50,312 nucleotides of DNA from an uncultured bacterium. Lineage in GTDB: Bacteria; Auribacterota; Erginobacteria; Erginobacterales; Erginobacteraceae. Shown piece after piece: positions 28,992 to 38,017 of the stretch (positions within the stretch are counted from its first letter, which is position 1; the number at the start of each line of letters is the position of its first letter). The notes under the pieces are model-generated. The model was not told the origin of the DNA. It did not search any database and saw only the letters and a list, made by a program, of their open reading frames with translations. The position numbers and the translations under genes are program-made. The stretch covers positions 1-50,312 of the forward strand of contig CAYXKT010000003.1 of the NCBI GenBank assembly GCA_964465735.1, written 5' to 3'.

Positions 28992-30527
28992 TTATTTTAA
29001 AAGCGCGGTGATGAACTTGTAGAGAGGGACCGGTTCCACCGACTCCCGGTTGCAGACGATCCGGACCGCCAGGGCCCCGACGGCGTTGCCGACCAACCCG
29101 ATTATATCCATCGGGTAACCGGCGGCGACGCAAGCCGAGGTGACCGCCAGATAAGCATCTCCGGCGCCGATCCGGTCCACTACTTCCTTGGAGAGGACCG
29201 GGGCTTGGTAAAAACCGCTTTGAGGCTGGTAGCCCAGGGAGCCGTTATGTCCCCGGGTGACAGTTACCCGCTGGCAGTTCATTTTCTCCGAGAGCTGGAG
29301 AATCATTTCCTCGAGGTTGCCGTATTTGTCGCTTAAAGCCAGGCGGATCTCCGGCTCGTCGATACAGATATAATCGGCCCTCGGGTACTTGGTGATCAGG
29401 TTAAAGCCGGTATTCGCGCTGTTGGTCTGGGTGTTGACGGAGAGGAAACGGGAATTCTCGCAGAGGGTTTCTACGATCTCCTTCCCGATGAAGCCGTTGC
29501 CGAAATCGGAAGCGAGCACCAGGTCGTACTGGGAGCAGACTTTCGCCAGGTGGTTACATACTTTCGTCGTGATCTCCTCCGGTGGATTTTGAGCGTTGAA
29601 GAAACAGATTTCGAACATCTTAGAGAGAAAGGCGGGATCGACGTAGCGGCGCTTGGTGATGGTGGGAGCGTCGTCGCGGTAGAAGAAGTTGGGGGTGATG
29701 TTGGACTTAAGCTTGGACCGGATGAAATGCTCCTGGGTATTCTCCTGGCCCAGCAAGGTGATCAGATCGACCTGATCACAGAAACCGGCGATATGGTTGG
29801 CGGTGGCCAGGACCCCGCCGGCAAAGGATTCCTGGTTGATGTAGCCGGCGGTGATCACCGTCTCCTTCCAGGCCTTTCCCAACGGGTGACAGTAATGATA
29901 CTCATCGATGATCGTGTCGCCGATCACCAGGACCTTGAGCTTTTTCAGGTCCTTCATCATTTCAATGATCCGGTCGGCGGAGTATTTCTTCCGAAATTCC
30001 TTCAGGAAGTGGTCGGCTTCTTCGTGATAGACGTTGAAGTGAACGTTGAGCAGTTCAGTGGAGCTGAAGGAGACTTCGTCGGTGAAGTGGATCCGGCCTC
30101 CGCCTGCCTTGACCGCTTCTTCCTCCTTGGAGATCTCTCCGGTCAGGTCCCGGGACCGGTCGGCGTAGTCGCTGCCCTTGGCATAGACGTCGGGCTGGAG
30201 ATATTTTAAAGTCTCGACCGCGGTCGGCCACTTGTTGATTGCCACGTAGTCAATGGTTTCGATCTCGGCTAAGGTCTCGGCCCGGAGCCGTTGGTTGAAG
30301 ACCGGTCGTCCGGGGCCTTTTCCGACATAGCGGTCCTCGGTTAGGGTGACCGCCAAAAGATCTCCTTCCCGCCGGGCGGCGGCGAAGTGCTTGAAATGTC
30401 CGGGGTGGAGGAGGTCGAAGACGCCGTGGCAGAGGACGACCTTCTTCCCCTTTTTTTTCAGCCCGGCGATGATCTTTGCCAGTTCGTCAATAGTCTTGAT
30501 CTTGTCGGATGGTTTAACTGTGCTCAT
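28992..30527 (-). CDS. Bifunctional nucleotidyltransferase (cytidylyl/adenylyl-transferase-like) / PfkB-family sugar kinase; RfaE/HldE-like but with swapped domain order
   Basis: 511 aa. The N-terminal KKVVLCHGVFDLLHPGHFKHFAAARREGDLLAVTLTED carries the HxGH nucleotidyltransferase motif. The C-terminal half carries the PfkB signature DRIGAGDAYLAVTSACVAAG. Confidence 0.75.
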   Translation of the reverse strand: MSTVKPSDKIKTIDELAKIIAGLKKKGKKVVLCHGVFDLLHPGHFKHFAAARREGDLLAVTLTEDRYVGKGPGRPVFNQRLRAETLAEIETIDYVAINKWPTAVETLKYLQPDVYAKGSDYADRSRDLTGEISKEEEAVKAGGGRIHFTDEVSFSSTELLNVHFNVYHEEADHFLKEFRKKYSADRIIEMMKDLKKLKVLVIGDTIIDEYHYCHPLGKAWKETVITAGYINQESFAGGVLATANHIAGFCDQVDLITLLGQENTQEHFIRSKLKSNITPNFFYRDDAPTITKRRYVDPAFLSKMFEICFFNAQNPPEEITTKVCNHLAKVCSQYDLVLASDFGNGFIGKEIVETLCENSRFLSVNTQTNSANTGFNLITKYPRADYICIDEPEIRLALSDKYGNLEEMILQLSEKMNCQRVTVTRGHNGSLGYQPQSGFYQAPVLSKEVVDRIGAGDAYLAVTSACVAAGYPMDIIGLVGNAVGALAVRIVCNRESVEPVPLYKFITALLK

Positions 30528-30655
30528 TAGTTAGTTCTCCTTGTTATTGTGGGGATAAACACAGAAGTAGGTTTATTTGTTCCTCACTCCGTTCGGGTTC
30601 CCCGCTGTGATAAGGATGTTGATCTGTCCGAATTCCTTGCAATGACTCGGAGGGC

Positions 30656-31651
30656 TTAGCCCAGGAATTTGAACCAATCCTTGGTGGCGTCGGCGATGGT
30701 CTCGGGGGTCCAGACCGGGGCCTGGCGCCAGTAGTCGATATTGTCGAGCAGGATCTTGACCCCTTCCTCGATGGTAATTTTCGGTTTCCAGCCCAACAGC
30801 CGATGGATTTTCGAGATGTCCCCGTGCGTACAATCGGGTTCGCCGGGCCGCTTGGGGATATGGATCGATTCTCCCCCCAGCAGTTCGACCAACCGGTTGA
30901 CCGAGACCGGGTCTCCGCCGGCTACGTTCATTACCTCTCCGGAAAGATCGGAGTCGGCGGCGGCCAGGCAGGCATCGACCACGTCGGTGACGAAGGTAAA
31001 GTCCCGGGTCTGGGTTCCGTCGCCGACCACGGTGAAGGGGTGGGAGGCCAGTTTCTGGGCGAGGAAGATCCCGAAGACCGCGCCGTAAGTCCCCGAGGTA
31101 CGGGAACGGGGTCCGTAAACATTGAAGAAACGCAGCGAGACCGCCGGCAGGCCGTAAACCTGCTCCCAATGTAGGACATACTGCTCACCAACGTACTTGG
31201 TCAGGGCGTAGGGATACTGGGGCCGGGCGGGGGCGGTTTCCGGGGTCGGGTAGAGATCGGGGATGCCGTAACAGGAAGAGGAGGCGGCGTAAACCAACCG
31301 CTTTACCCCGGCGGCCCGGGCGGCTTCCAGGACGGAGATCGTCCCGTCAACATTGGAACGATGGTAGGCGAAGGGCTGTTGGATCGAGGGGACGATGTCG
31401 GCCAGCGCGGCGATATGAAAGACCTGTTCCACCCCGGTAAAGAGGGGGGCGATGGCGGGATAATCAGAGATATCGACCCGGTGAAATTCGATTTTTTCGC
31501 TGCCGGGGAGCAGTTTGAGATTTTCCTTCCTGCCGGTGGAGAGGTTGTCGAGGACGATCACTCGATCGCCCCTTTTCAGCAGTGCCTCGGCCAGGTGGCT
31601 GCCGATAAATCCGGCTCCCCCGGTGACCAGGGATTTCCTCGGTGTAGTCAT
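30656..31651 (-). CDS. NAD-dependent nucleotide-sugar epimerase/dehydratase (extended SDR)
   Basis: 331 aa with the Rossmann motif VTGGAGFIGSHL, the catalytic YxxxK (YALTKYVGE) and the typical GalE/UXS-like layout. Confidence 0.85.
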   Translation of the reverse strand: MTTPRKSLVTGGAGFIGSHLAEALLKRGDRVIVLDNLSTGRKENLKLLPGSEKIEFHRVDISDYPAIAPLFTGVEQVFHIAALADIVPSIQQPFAYHRSNVDGTISVLEAARAAGVKRLVYAASSSCYGIPDLYPTPETAPARPQYPYALTKYVGEQYVLHWEQVYGLPAVSLRFFNVYGPRSRTSGTYGAVFGIFLAQKLASHPFTVVGDGTQTRDFTFVTDVVDACLAAADSDLSGEVMNVAGGDPVSVNRLVELLGGESIHIPKRPGEPDCTHGDISKIHRLLGWKPKITIEEGVKILLDNIDYWRQAPVWTPETIADATKDWFKFLG

Positions 31652-33378
31652 TGGTTTTTCCTTCTCTCCGGGTTGGGTCTGATCTCTGGAAACGAATCCT
31701 TGGTAATGATCCAGATTGCTTCTTCTCTCTGGAGGGTGAATTTATCCATCTCGCGGGCGGGGAAGAACCATTGGAAATTCCCCTCCATAAAGCGGGCCAT
31801 ATTGCGGTTCCAGCCCGGCGCGGGAATTCGGTCAGGCACCTCGGGCGCGATGTAAAGCCGATTTGCCTGGTTGATCGTCCCCGTGGCCAGCTCCCCGCGG
31901 ATATTATTCAGCATTACCGCCAGAGGCCGCAAGCGCTCTTCTAAGATATCAATCTGCTGATAACCGGCAAGTAGATTAAAGACCAGAACCGGGGTCAGGA
32001 TCAAGGTGATTATTAGTTTTCCCCGAAACCGGGGCTGGATGAGGATGGTGATTACAGCCGGGATGATCAGGGCCAGAAGGGCGTTGGGGATATACTGGTA
32101 GCGGAACTGGGTCAGGGGGTAGAGGGCCCGGTTGGTTGTCAGCCGGGCAGTGGCGACGGTGAAGAAATTGGTCAGATAGAGAAAAAAGCAGAAAGAGAGA
32201 AGCGCGATGAGGCGGCGCTGTCTTTTCCGGATTAGCCACCAGGCCCCCAGGAGCAAAAGGAAGAGAATCGCTCCTCCGGAAAAGGTCGCGACGGCCTCCA
32301 ATCGGTTGCCCAGAGAGAGGAGCCAGCCACCCAGATTCATATTGTCATCGAAAAAAACCGGTCGGGCAAGTTGGGGCCAGAGGGCGACCGCGACTCCGTT
32401 GTAAGCCAGGTTGAAAAAGACCAGGAGCACCCCTGCTCCCAGCTCTCCGGCGCTGGGAGCGGGCAGGGCCCCGGTCGACCCCCGGTGAAGCGCCCAGACC
32501 CCCAGGTAAAGAATATAAATCAGCAGTATAGCGGTGTCTCTCCATTGGAAGTATGGCCGGGGTGGGACAGCGAGGGTGAAGGGGAGGATGAAGATCGCCA
32601 CCGGCCAGAGCGCAAAAACCTCGGAAGTGAACATCCCGAGAAGAAAGAGGGCCCCGACCGGCAGCAGGAGGATCGTTCGCCGGTTCCTGAGATAGCCGAT
32701 ATAGATAATGTACCCGAGGAGGAAAGAGCAGAAACCGAGGATGATGAAGAGCTGGAAGGTCCAGGTCAGGATATCGGAGTGGGAATAGTGAAAGGCGAAG
32801 ACGGCTAAAAAGATGGCGGTCAGGGTCCGGCCGAGCGAGAGTCGGACCGCCAGCAGGTAGAGCAGCAGGATGCTCAGGCAGTAGCCGGCGAAATTGGTGA
32901 TATGGTTCCAGGTAAAGTCGGGGCTGAAAAGATGATGCTGAAGGTAGGGGACAAGGTGGGAGAGGGGACGGTAGGTCCCGTGTTTCCAGAGATCGAATGT
33001 CAGGACACCCTGCCAGGCCGGGGGCGGTGAGGAGGATTCCAACTGTTGGAAGACATAGAAGGCCGACCAGTAATCGCTTCGGGGTGGATTATAAAAGGTC
33101 GGCCGGTAAAGGAGAAAGAGTCCGGCGAAGAGAAGACAGAAGAAGGCCGTCATTTTCCCAGGCGTCCAGATCTTTCCCCGGAATTTCTTTTGGGGACGGT
33201 TGTTCGGGATCGGAGCGGGCATAGTGCCAGGATAATAACAGGAGGAAAAATCAACGGCAAACAAATTAGGGCGGATTATAATTGAAAAGCCGGATGGATT
33301 CGTGTAATTTATTCTTTTCCTGTGATTGATTGTCAAGGGGCGGCCGGGGTTGATCTTCCGGATTGCCTCCCAATCCAT
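31648..33378 (-). CDS. Polytopic membrane protein, GT-C/ArnT-like fold suspected
   Basis: 576-aa ORF with at least 11 hydrophobic segments. Its stop overlaps the epimerase start (ATGA). The start is ambiguous: an internal ATG at 33222 (MPAPIPNNRPQKKF...) would avoid overlap with the divergent transketolase gene. Confidence 0.6.
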   Translation of the reverse strand: MDWEAIRKINPGRPLTINHRKRINYTNPSGFSIIIRPNLFAVDFSSCYYPGTMPAPIPNNRPQKKFRGKIWTPGKMTAFFCLLFAGLFLLYRPTFYNPPRSDYWSAFYVFQQLESSSPPPAWQGVLTFDLWKHGTYRPLSHLVPYLQHHLFSPDFTWNHITNFAGYCLSILLLYLLAVRLSLGRTLTAIFLAVFAFHYSHSDILTWTFQLFIILGFCSFLLGYIIYIGYLRNRRTILLLPVGALFLLGMFTSEVFALWPVAIFILPFTLAVPPRPYFQWRDTAILLIYILYLGVWALHRGSTGALPAPSAGELGAGVLLVFFNLAYNGVAVALWPQLARPVFFDDNMNLGGWLLSLGNRLEAVATFSGGAILFLLLLGAWWLIRKRQRRLIALLSFCFFLYLTNFFTVATARLTTNRALYPLTQFRYQYIPNALLALIIPAVITILIQPRFRGKLIITLILTPVLVFNLLAGYQQIDILEERLRPLAVMLNNIRGELATGTINQANRLYIAPEVPDRIPAPGWNRNMARFMEGNFQWFFPAREMDKFTLQREEAIWIITKDSFPEIRPNPERRKNQ

Positions 33379-34191
33379 AAATCAGCGAGCTTGAAAAGCG
33401 TGAATACAGAGAAGATCAGCCGGGAGATCAGGCAGCGACTGGTGCGGATGCACCAGAAAGGGTCTCACTTCGGCTCGGCGATGTCGATTGTTGATATCCT
33501 GACTGTACTCTACTTCCGCGTGATGAATATTGACTCTCCGGACGACCCCGGCCGAGACCGGTTCATTCTCTCCAAAGGTCACGCCGCCTCCGCCTGGTAC
33601 GCCACTTTGGCTCGGAAAGGATTTTTCGATGAGAAACTTCTCGATACCTATCTCAAAGACGGCGGCCAGCTCTACGGCCATCCGGTTCGCTGCGGAGTCC
33701 CCGGGGTGGAGGCTTCGACCGGTTCGCTCGGCCACGGGATCAATATTGGATCCGGGATGGCTCTGGCCGGGAAGAACGATGGGAAAGATTATCGGGTTTA
33801 TGTTCTGATGGGGGATGGGGAGATCCAGGAGGGCAGTGTCTGGGAGGGGGCGATCCTGGCCGCCCGGCTGAAACTCGATAACCTGGTGGTGATCGTCGAT
33901 GCCAACAACCTCCAGGGTTTCGACCGGGTGGAGAATATCCAGCCGATCCGGACCTTCAAGAAAAAGTGGGAGGCCTTCGAGTGGGGGGCGCGTGAGGTGG
34001 ATGGCCACGATCACGACCAACTGGAGAGGGCTTTGCGCGAGGCACCCTTCGTCCCCGGCGCACCCTCGGTGGTGATCGCCCGGACGACCAAGTGCAAGGG
34101 AGTGAAGGAGATGGAGGATTGTTTTGAGTCCCACTATCTCTCGGTGCCGAAGGATAAGGTAGAGTGTTACTGCCGGGGACTGGAGGAGTGA
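33322..34191 (+). CDS. Transketolase, N-terminal (thiamine-diphosphate-binding) subunit
   Basis: GSHFGSAMSIVDILTVLYF, ILSKGHAASAWYA, GSLGHGINIGSGMALA and VLMGDGEIQEGSVWE are classic transketolase N-terminal motifs. The track start at 33322 is a GTG. TTG 33391 or GTG 33400 are more likely starts judging by the usual N-terminal length. Confidence 0.85.
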   Translation: MIDCQGAAGVDLPDCLPIHKSASLKSVNTEKISREIRQRLVRMHQKGSHFGSAMSIVDILTVLYFRVMNIDSPDDPGRDRFILSKGHAASAWYATLARKGFFDEKLLDTYLKDGGQLYGHPVRCGVPGVEASTGSLGHGINIGSGMALAGKNDGKDYRVYVLMGDGEIQEGSVWEGAILAARLKLDNLVVIVDANNLQGFDRVENIQPIRTFKKKWEAFEWGAREVDGHDHDQLERALREAPFVPGAPSVVIARTTKCKGVKEMEDCFESHYLSVPKDKVECYCRGLEE

Positions 34192-34193
34192 GA

Positions 34194-34307
34194 GTAATCG
34201 GTAACCAGTGGACCAGGTACCGATTACCGATTACTGATCACCGATTACCGATCACCGATTACTGATTACTGATTACTGATTACTGATTACCGAATACTGG
34301 TTACCGA
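34194..34307. repeat. Heptamer tandem array (Y)GATTAC x12 with inverted units at its 5' side
   Basis: Twelve contiguous 7-mers fill 34221..34304 (cgattac, tgattac, variants tgatcac/cgaatac/tggttac). They are preceded by the inverted units gtaatcg gtaacca. The array fills the whole spacer between the two transketolase subunit genes. Confidence 0.9.
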
Positions 34308-34308
34308 A

Positions 34309-35241
34309 ATGAGACAGGCATTCATAAACACACTGATGGAGTTGGCCGAACGGGACGACTCCATCTATCTCCTGACCGGGGACGCCGGTTTTACGATCCT
34401 GGAGCGGTTCCGGGACCGCTTCCCGGGTCGTTACTACAACGTGGGGATCGCCGAGGCGGCGATGATCGGCCTGGCCGCCGGGTTGGCGATGTCCGGGAAG
34501 ACCGTCTTTGTCTATTCGATCGTCCCCTTCGTCACGATGCGCTGCTTTGAGCAGGTCCGAATCGACCTCTGCTATCAGAACCTTCCGGTCAAGCTGGTCG
34601 GGGTGGGGCAGGGAGTCACCTACGGGACCGCCGGGGCCACCCACCACGCCATCGAGGATATCGCCGTGATGCGGGCCTTGCCCAATATGACCGTGATCTG
34701 CCCGGGGGGGCCGATCGAGACCAAAAAAGCCGTTGCCGCCTCTCTCGATCTTACCGGCCCCTGCTATATCCGACTGGGGAAGTCCGGCGAACCGACAGTC
34801 CACAAGAGTGAGGATATCGATTTCGCGATCGGTCGGGGGATCAGGGTTCGGAAAGGGGAGGGGGTAGCCCTGGTCGCCACCAGCAATATGGTCCCGACCG
34901 CGGTCGCCACCGCCGAATTACTGGAGAAGGAAGGCTGGAAGCCGGAAGTAATCAGTATGCATACGGTAAAGCCGATCGACCGGGAACTGCTGGCTGAGAC
35001 TGCCCGACGCTGCCCGCTGATCGCCACCCTGGAAGAACACAATCTGATCGGTGGTCTGGGTTCGGCGGTGGCGGAAGTGATCCTGGCGGATAATCTCCAC
35101 GCCCGGTTGATCACCTTCGGGATCCCCGATACTTACGCCCCGGTAGCCGGAAGCCAGGAGTATCTGCGGGAGTTGTTTGGCTTAACACCGTCCCAGATTG
35201 AGGCGGTAATCAGGGGAGAATTAGAGGATAGTAAGCAGTGA
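34309..35241 (+). CDS. Transketolase, C-terminal (pyrimidine-binding plus C-terminal domain) subunit
   Basis: 310 aa. GDAGFTILERF..., GIAEAAMIGLAAGLAMSGK and YGTAGATHHAIEDIAVMRALPNM match the transketolase/DXS pyrimidine-binding domain layout. Confidence 0.85.
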   Translation: MRQAFINTLMELAERDDSIYLLTGDAGFTILERFRDRFPGRYYNVGIAEAAMIGLAAGLAMSGKTVFVYSIVPFVTMRCFEQVRIDLCYQNLPVKLVGVGQGVTYGTAGATHHAIEDIAVMRALPNMTVICPGGPIETKKAVAASLDLTGPCYIRLGKSGEPTVHKSEDIDFAIGRGIRVRKGEGVALVATSNMVPTAVATAELLEKEGWKPEVISMHTVKPIDRELLAETARRCPLIATLEEHNLIGGLGSAVAEVILADNLHARLITFGIPDTYAPVAGSQEYLRELFGLTPSQIEAVIRGELEDSKQ

Positions 35242-35641
35242 ACAGTGAGCAGTAAGGGTCCCGTCCTGATATATGTTGTCACTGATAGAGTACTTCCCCC
35301 CGGGGTTTATCCCCGGGGAATGAAAGTTCCATAAGCTAATCAAAATAAAAAAAACTAAAACGGCCCCGGCCGGTTTGCCTGTCCGCCGTAGCTTTAGCGT
35401 AGGTGGATCCGGCAGGGGAGAAAGTTCTGAGTTGCTCTGATGTGATAGCTATGAACTGATTCACCCGCGGCGCAAGGCCGCGGGGGTCTGTTGCGTTTAT
35501 GTCAAACCGGTAGCTTATGAACTGATTCACCTACCGGATAAACCGGTAGGGGTCTTAATATGGCAACGTTTCATCTATTAAAAAGTGACAACTTTAAATC
35601 AGGACTGGACACTGGGAAACTGCTAACTGCTCACTGCTTAC
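35231..35641. repeat. 411-bp intergenic foldback element with ~55-nt terminal inverted repeats and three box-plus-hairpin units
   Basis: The left end is gtaagcagtgaacagtgagcagtaagggtcccgtcctgatatatgttgtcac. The reverse complement of the right end is gtaagcagtgagcagttagcag...gtgtccagtcctgatttaaagttgtcac. Internal units lie at 35297..35337 (inverted), 35447..35484 and 35512..35550. Confidence 0.8.
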
Positions 35642-35690
35642 TTTCTCGGGGACCCATAAATACAATCGAACCATCGGATAATCCGCGGAA

Positions 35691-36824
35691 ATGAAACACA
35701 ACCACAAATACCTTGCCCTCCGCCGCTACTGGAACCGGGGACGGACCCTGGCCCATATCCTGGCAATCAAGGCGTTTCGTAAAAAGCGCTATCCCTTCTA
35801 CGTCAACCTGGTCATCAACAGTCGGTGCAACCTGAAGTGCGCCTACTGCTTCGGGAGCTACTCCAACCGGCAGACACCGGACTGGGCTTACGAGGATCTG
35901 GTCAAGTTGATCGACGACCTTTACGACCGGGGGACCAGGTACATTTTGGTCCAGGGCGGGGAACCGATGCTGCATAACGATCTGGGAAAGATATTTCGCT
36001 ATATCGACAGCAAGGGGATCGTCACTGCCCTGGTCACCAATGGCCAGTTCCCCGACCGGATCCGCCAGACCCCGGAGATTGCCCTGCTCGACAACATCTG
36101 CTTTTCCCTCGACGGGAATCGGGAGGGTAACGACCGGGTCCGGGGAAAGGGGACCTTCGACAAGGTTCTGGAATCGATCCAGGTGGTGAAAGAGGTCCAT
36201 AAGACCCCGATTCGGATCAATTCGACCATCACCAAGTACACGGTTGATGATGTTGATTTTATGGCCGAGTTTATGCGGAAGAATAACATCGAGTGGGGGA
36301 TCAACTTTCTCTTTAAGGGGGACGAGCGGTTGGGGGAAGAGGACCTGGCCCCGGACGATGCCGCGATTGTCCGCTACCAGGAGAAGTTCATCGATTACAT
36401 CAAGCGCGGCTACCCGATCTTCTCCACCACCAAGATCCTCCGTTACACATTAAGCTGGCCGGTGCCCTATTCGAGAAAGTTTCTCGGCAAGGAAGAATCG
36501 CTGCGACTGCTGGGGAAGAAGGCGATCGAGTGTCAGTATGGCAACTACGAGATCGTGATTGACGAGGATGGCCGACTCTATCCCTGCCAGGGGATGCAGG
36601 GGATGTTCGACGGAAAGAATCTCAAGGAAGTCGGTTTCGATGAGGCTTTTAAGCATCTGGAGACCAAGCCTTGCTATACCTGTTACCTGGTCTCAATGAT
36701 CAACACCTCGGCGATGATCAACTGGGACCTGAACGTGATCGGGGAGACGGTGGCCGGGACCTTCCGGAGCCGGCTACTGAAAAAAACAAAAGCGGGAGTA
36801 CCAAAAGCGGGAGTGATTGAGTGA
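35691..36824 (+). CDS. Radical SAM enzyme with SPASM/twitch-like C-terminal Cys motif (paralog group, rSAM-1)
   Basis: 377 aa with CNLKCAYC (CxxxCxxC), GGEPMLH, VTNG and SLDGNREGNDRVRGKGTF. The C-terminal part reads CQYGNYEIVIDEDGRLYPCQ...CYTCY. Confidence 0.85.
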   Translation: MKHNHKYLALRRYWNRGRTLAHILAIKAFRKKRYPFYVNLVINSRCNLKCAYCFGSYSNRQTPDWAYEDLVKLIDDLYDRGTRYILVQGGEPMLHNDLGKIFRYIDSKGIVTALVTNGQFPDRIRQTPEIALLDNICFSLDGNREGNDRVRGKGTFDKVLESIQVVKEVHKTPIRINSTITKYTVDDVDFMAEFMRKNNIEWGINFLFKGDERLGEEDLAPDDAAIVRYQEKFIDYIKRGYPIFSTTKILRYTLSWPVPYSRKFLGKEESLRLLGKKAIECQYGNYEIVIDEDGRLYPCQGMQGMFDGKNLKEVGFDEAFKHLETKPCYTCYLVSMINTSAMINWDLNVIGETVAGTFRSRLLKKTKAGVPKAGVIE

Positions 36825-36896
36825 TGGAGTGATGGAGTGATGGAGTGATGGAGTGGTGGTGATTAACCCAGTACTCCATTTCTCCAATACTCCAGG
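36811..36896. repeat. Octamer array GAGTGATG x6 plus inverted partner forming a hairpin
   Basis: The array at 36811..36858 reads gagtgatt gagtgatg x4 gagtggtg and overlaps the last codons and the TGA stop (36822..36824) of rSAM-1. The partner cagtactccatttctccaatactcca lies at 36869..36896. Confidence 0.85.
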
Positions 36897-36927
36897 TCAA
36901 GAGAACGCTTAATAATGGTCACCTGAT

Positions 36928-37752
36928 ATGGTCGCTCAAGCCGACAACGTCGACCTCTCCATCATTATGCCCGCTCTCAACGAGGAGGAAAATATCGCCT
37001 CCGCGATTGAGCATACGCTGGCCGCCTTTTCCGCTCACGATTTGAATGGTGAGATTATCGTGGTCAATGACGGCTCCACTGATCGCACCCCGCAGCTTGT
37101 TGAAGAGATTGCCGGGCGAGACGGAAGGGGAAATATCCGGATGGTCCACCATCGAACTCCCCAGGGTTTGGGAGTGGCATTTCGCGATGGTGTGAAGGAA
37201 GCGGCAGGCAAGGTGGTCGCTTTTATGCCCGGCGACGACGAGAATGACCCGGGGGAGATTATGCGTTACTTCTGGCTGCTCACCCAGGTGGATATGGTGG
37301 TCCCCTTTGTCTATAACAAGGAAGTTCGGCCGAAGATCCGGACCTGGATCTCCAAAGTATTTCGGATGATCGTCAACGTCAGCTTCGCGGTCAACTTCAA
37401 CTATACCAATGGCACCGTTCTCTATCGCCGGGAAATCTTGGCCAGCGCTCTCAACCGCTCCGCCGGATTCTTTTTTCAGACCGAGAACGTGGTGAGGGCG
37501 GTCTGGAGCGGCTACCTCTTCGCCGAGGTGCCCTACCGGTTGGCGGTCCGCGCCGGTGGGGAGTCAAAGGCCATCTCCTTGAAGTCGTTGAGCCAGGTGA
37601 TGGGCGACTACCTGGCCCTGGTCCGGGAGATTTATTTCTCCCCGGAGAAAAAAGCCGGGCGGCAACCTGTCCCCGGCACTGTCTCCGAAATCCGTCGCCA
37701 CGAGACCATCCAGAGCGGCCTCGCCAAACCGGGTAAATACAGCCGGGAATAA
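36928..37752 (+). CDS. Family-2 glycosyltransferase, polyprenyl-phosphate sugar synthase type (DPM1/ArnC/GtrB-like)
   Basis: 274 aa with LSIIMPALNEEENI, IIVVNDGSTDRT, a FMPGDDENDP acidic motif, and length and layout typical of the family. Confidence 0.8.
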   Translation: MVAQADNVDLSIIMPALNEEENIASAIEHTLAAFSAHDLNGEIIVVNDGSTDRTPQLVEEIAGRDGRGNIRMVHHRTPQGLGVAFRDGVKEAAGKVVAFMPGDDENDPGEIMRYFWLLTQVDMVVPFVYNKEVRPKIRTWISKVFRMIVNVSFAVNFNYTNGTVLYRREILASALNRSAGFFFQTENVVRAVWSGYLFAEVPYRLAVRAGGESKAISLKSLSQVMGDYLALVREIYFSPEKKAGRQPVPGTVSEIRRHETIQSGLAKPGKYSRE

Positions 37753-37833
37753 TTACGGGATAACCGGATAGTTTTTTTAGACAAGATAACAGGATCTCCA
37801 GGATGAAGCTTCTAAAGGGATGCTTTATCTAAA

Positions 37834-37994
37834 CCTAAATTGAGCGATTCTATGCGGCGAACTGCACCAATCTTTTGAGTCCGAACGGATATTGAAAATC
37901 CTCGCCATATCTCCTGGATATGGCTGCGGTTTTCGCAACCCGTCGGCCAGCAAAATCTTAGCACGTTTCATCCGCAATAATCGCTCAAATTAGG
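37834..37994. mobile_element. 161-bp MITE, copy 3
   Basis: It has the same orientation and length as copies 1 and 2. It is flanked by the 5-bp duplication CTAAA (37829..37833 and 37995..37999). Confidence 0.9.
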
Positions 37995-38017
37995 CTAAAG
38001 GTTATTTTCGTTGATTG

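Noticed and set aside
34221-34304. Possible CRISPR array, given the regular short repeats
   Set aside because: The units are contiguous 7-mers without spacers, and no cas genes are present. This is a microsatellite-like tandem array, not a repeat-spacer structure.
35336-35530. 64-aa minus-strand ORF in the transketolase/rSAM-1 spacer as a possible precursor peptide
   Set aside because: Its sequence is dictated by the repeated box and hairpins (MNQFIS and VNQFIA are translations of the same repeat). It has no RBS, and it spans the terminator-like T-run.
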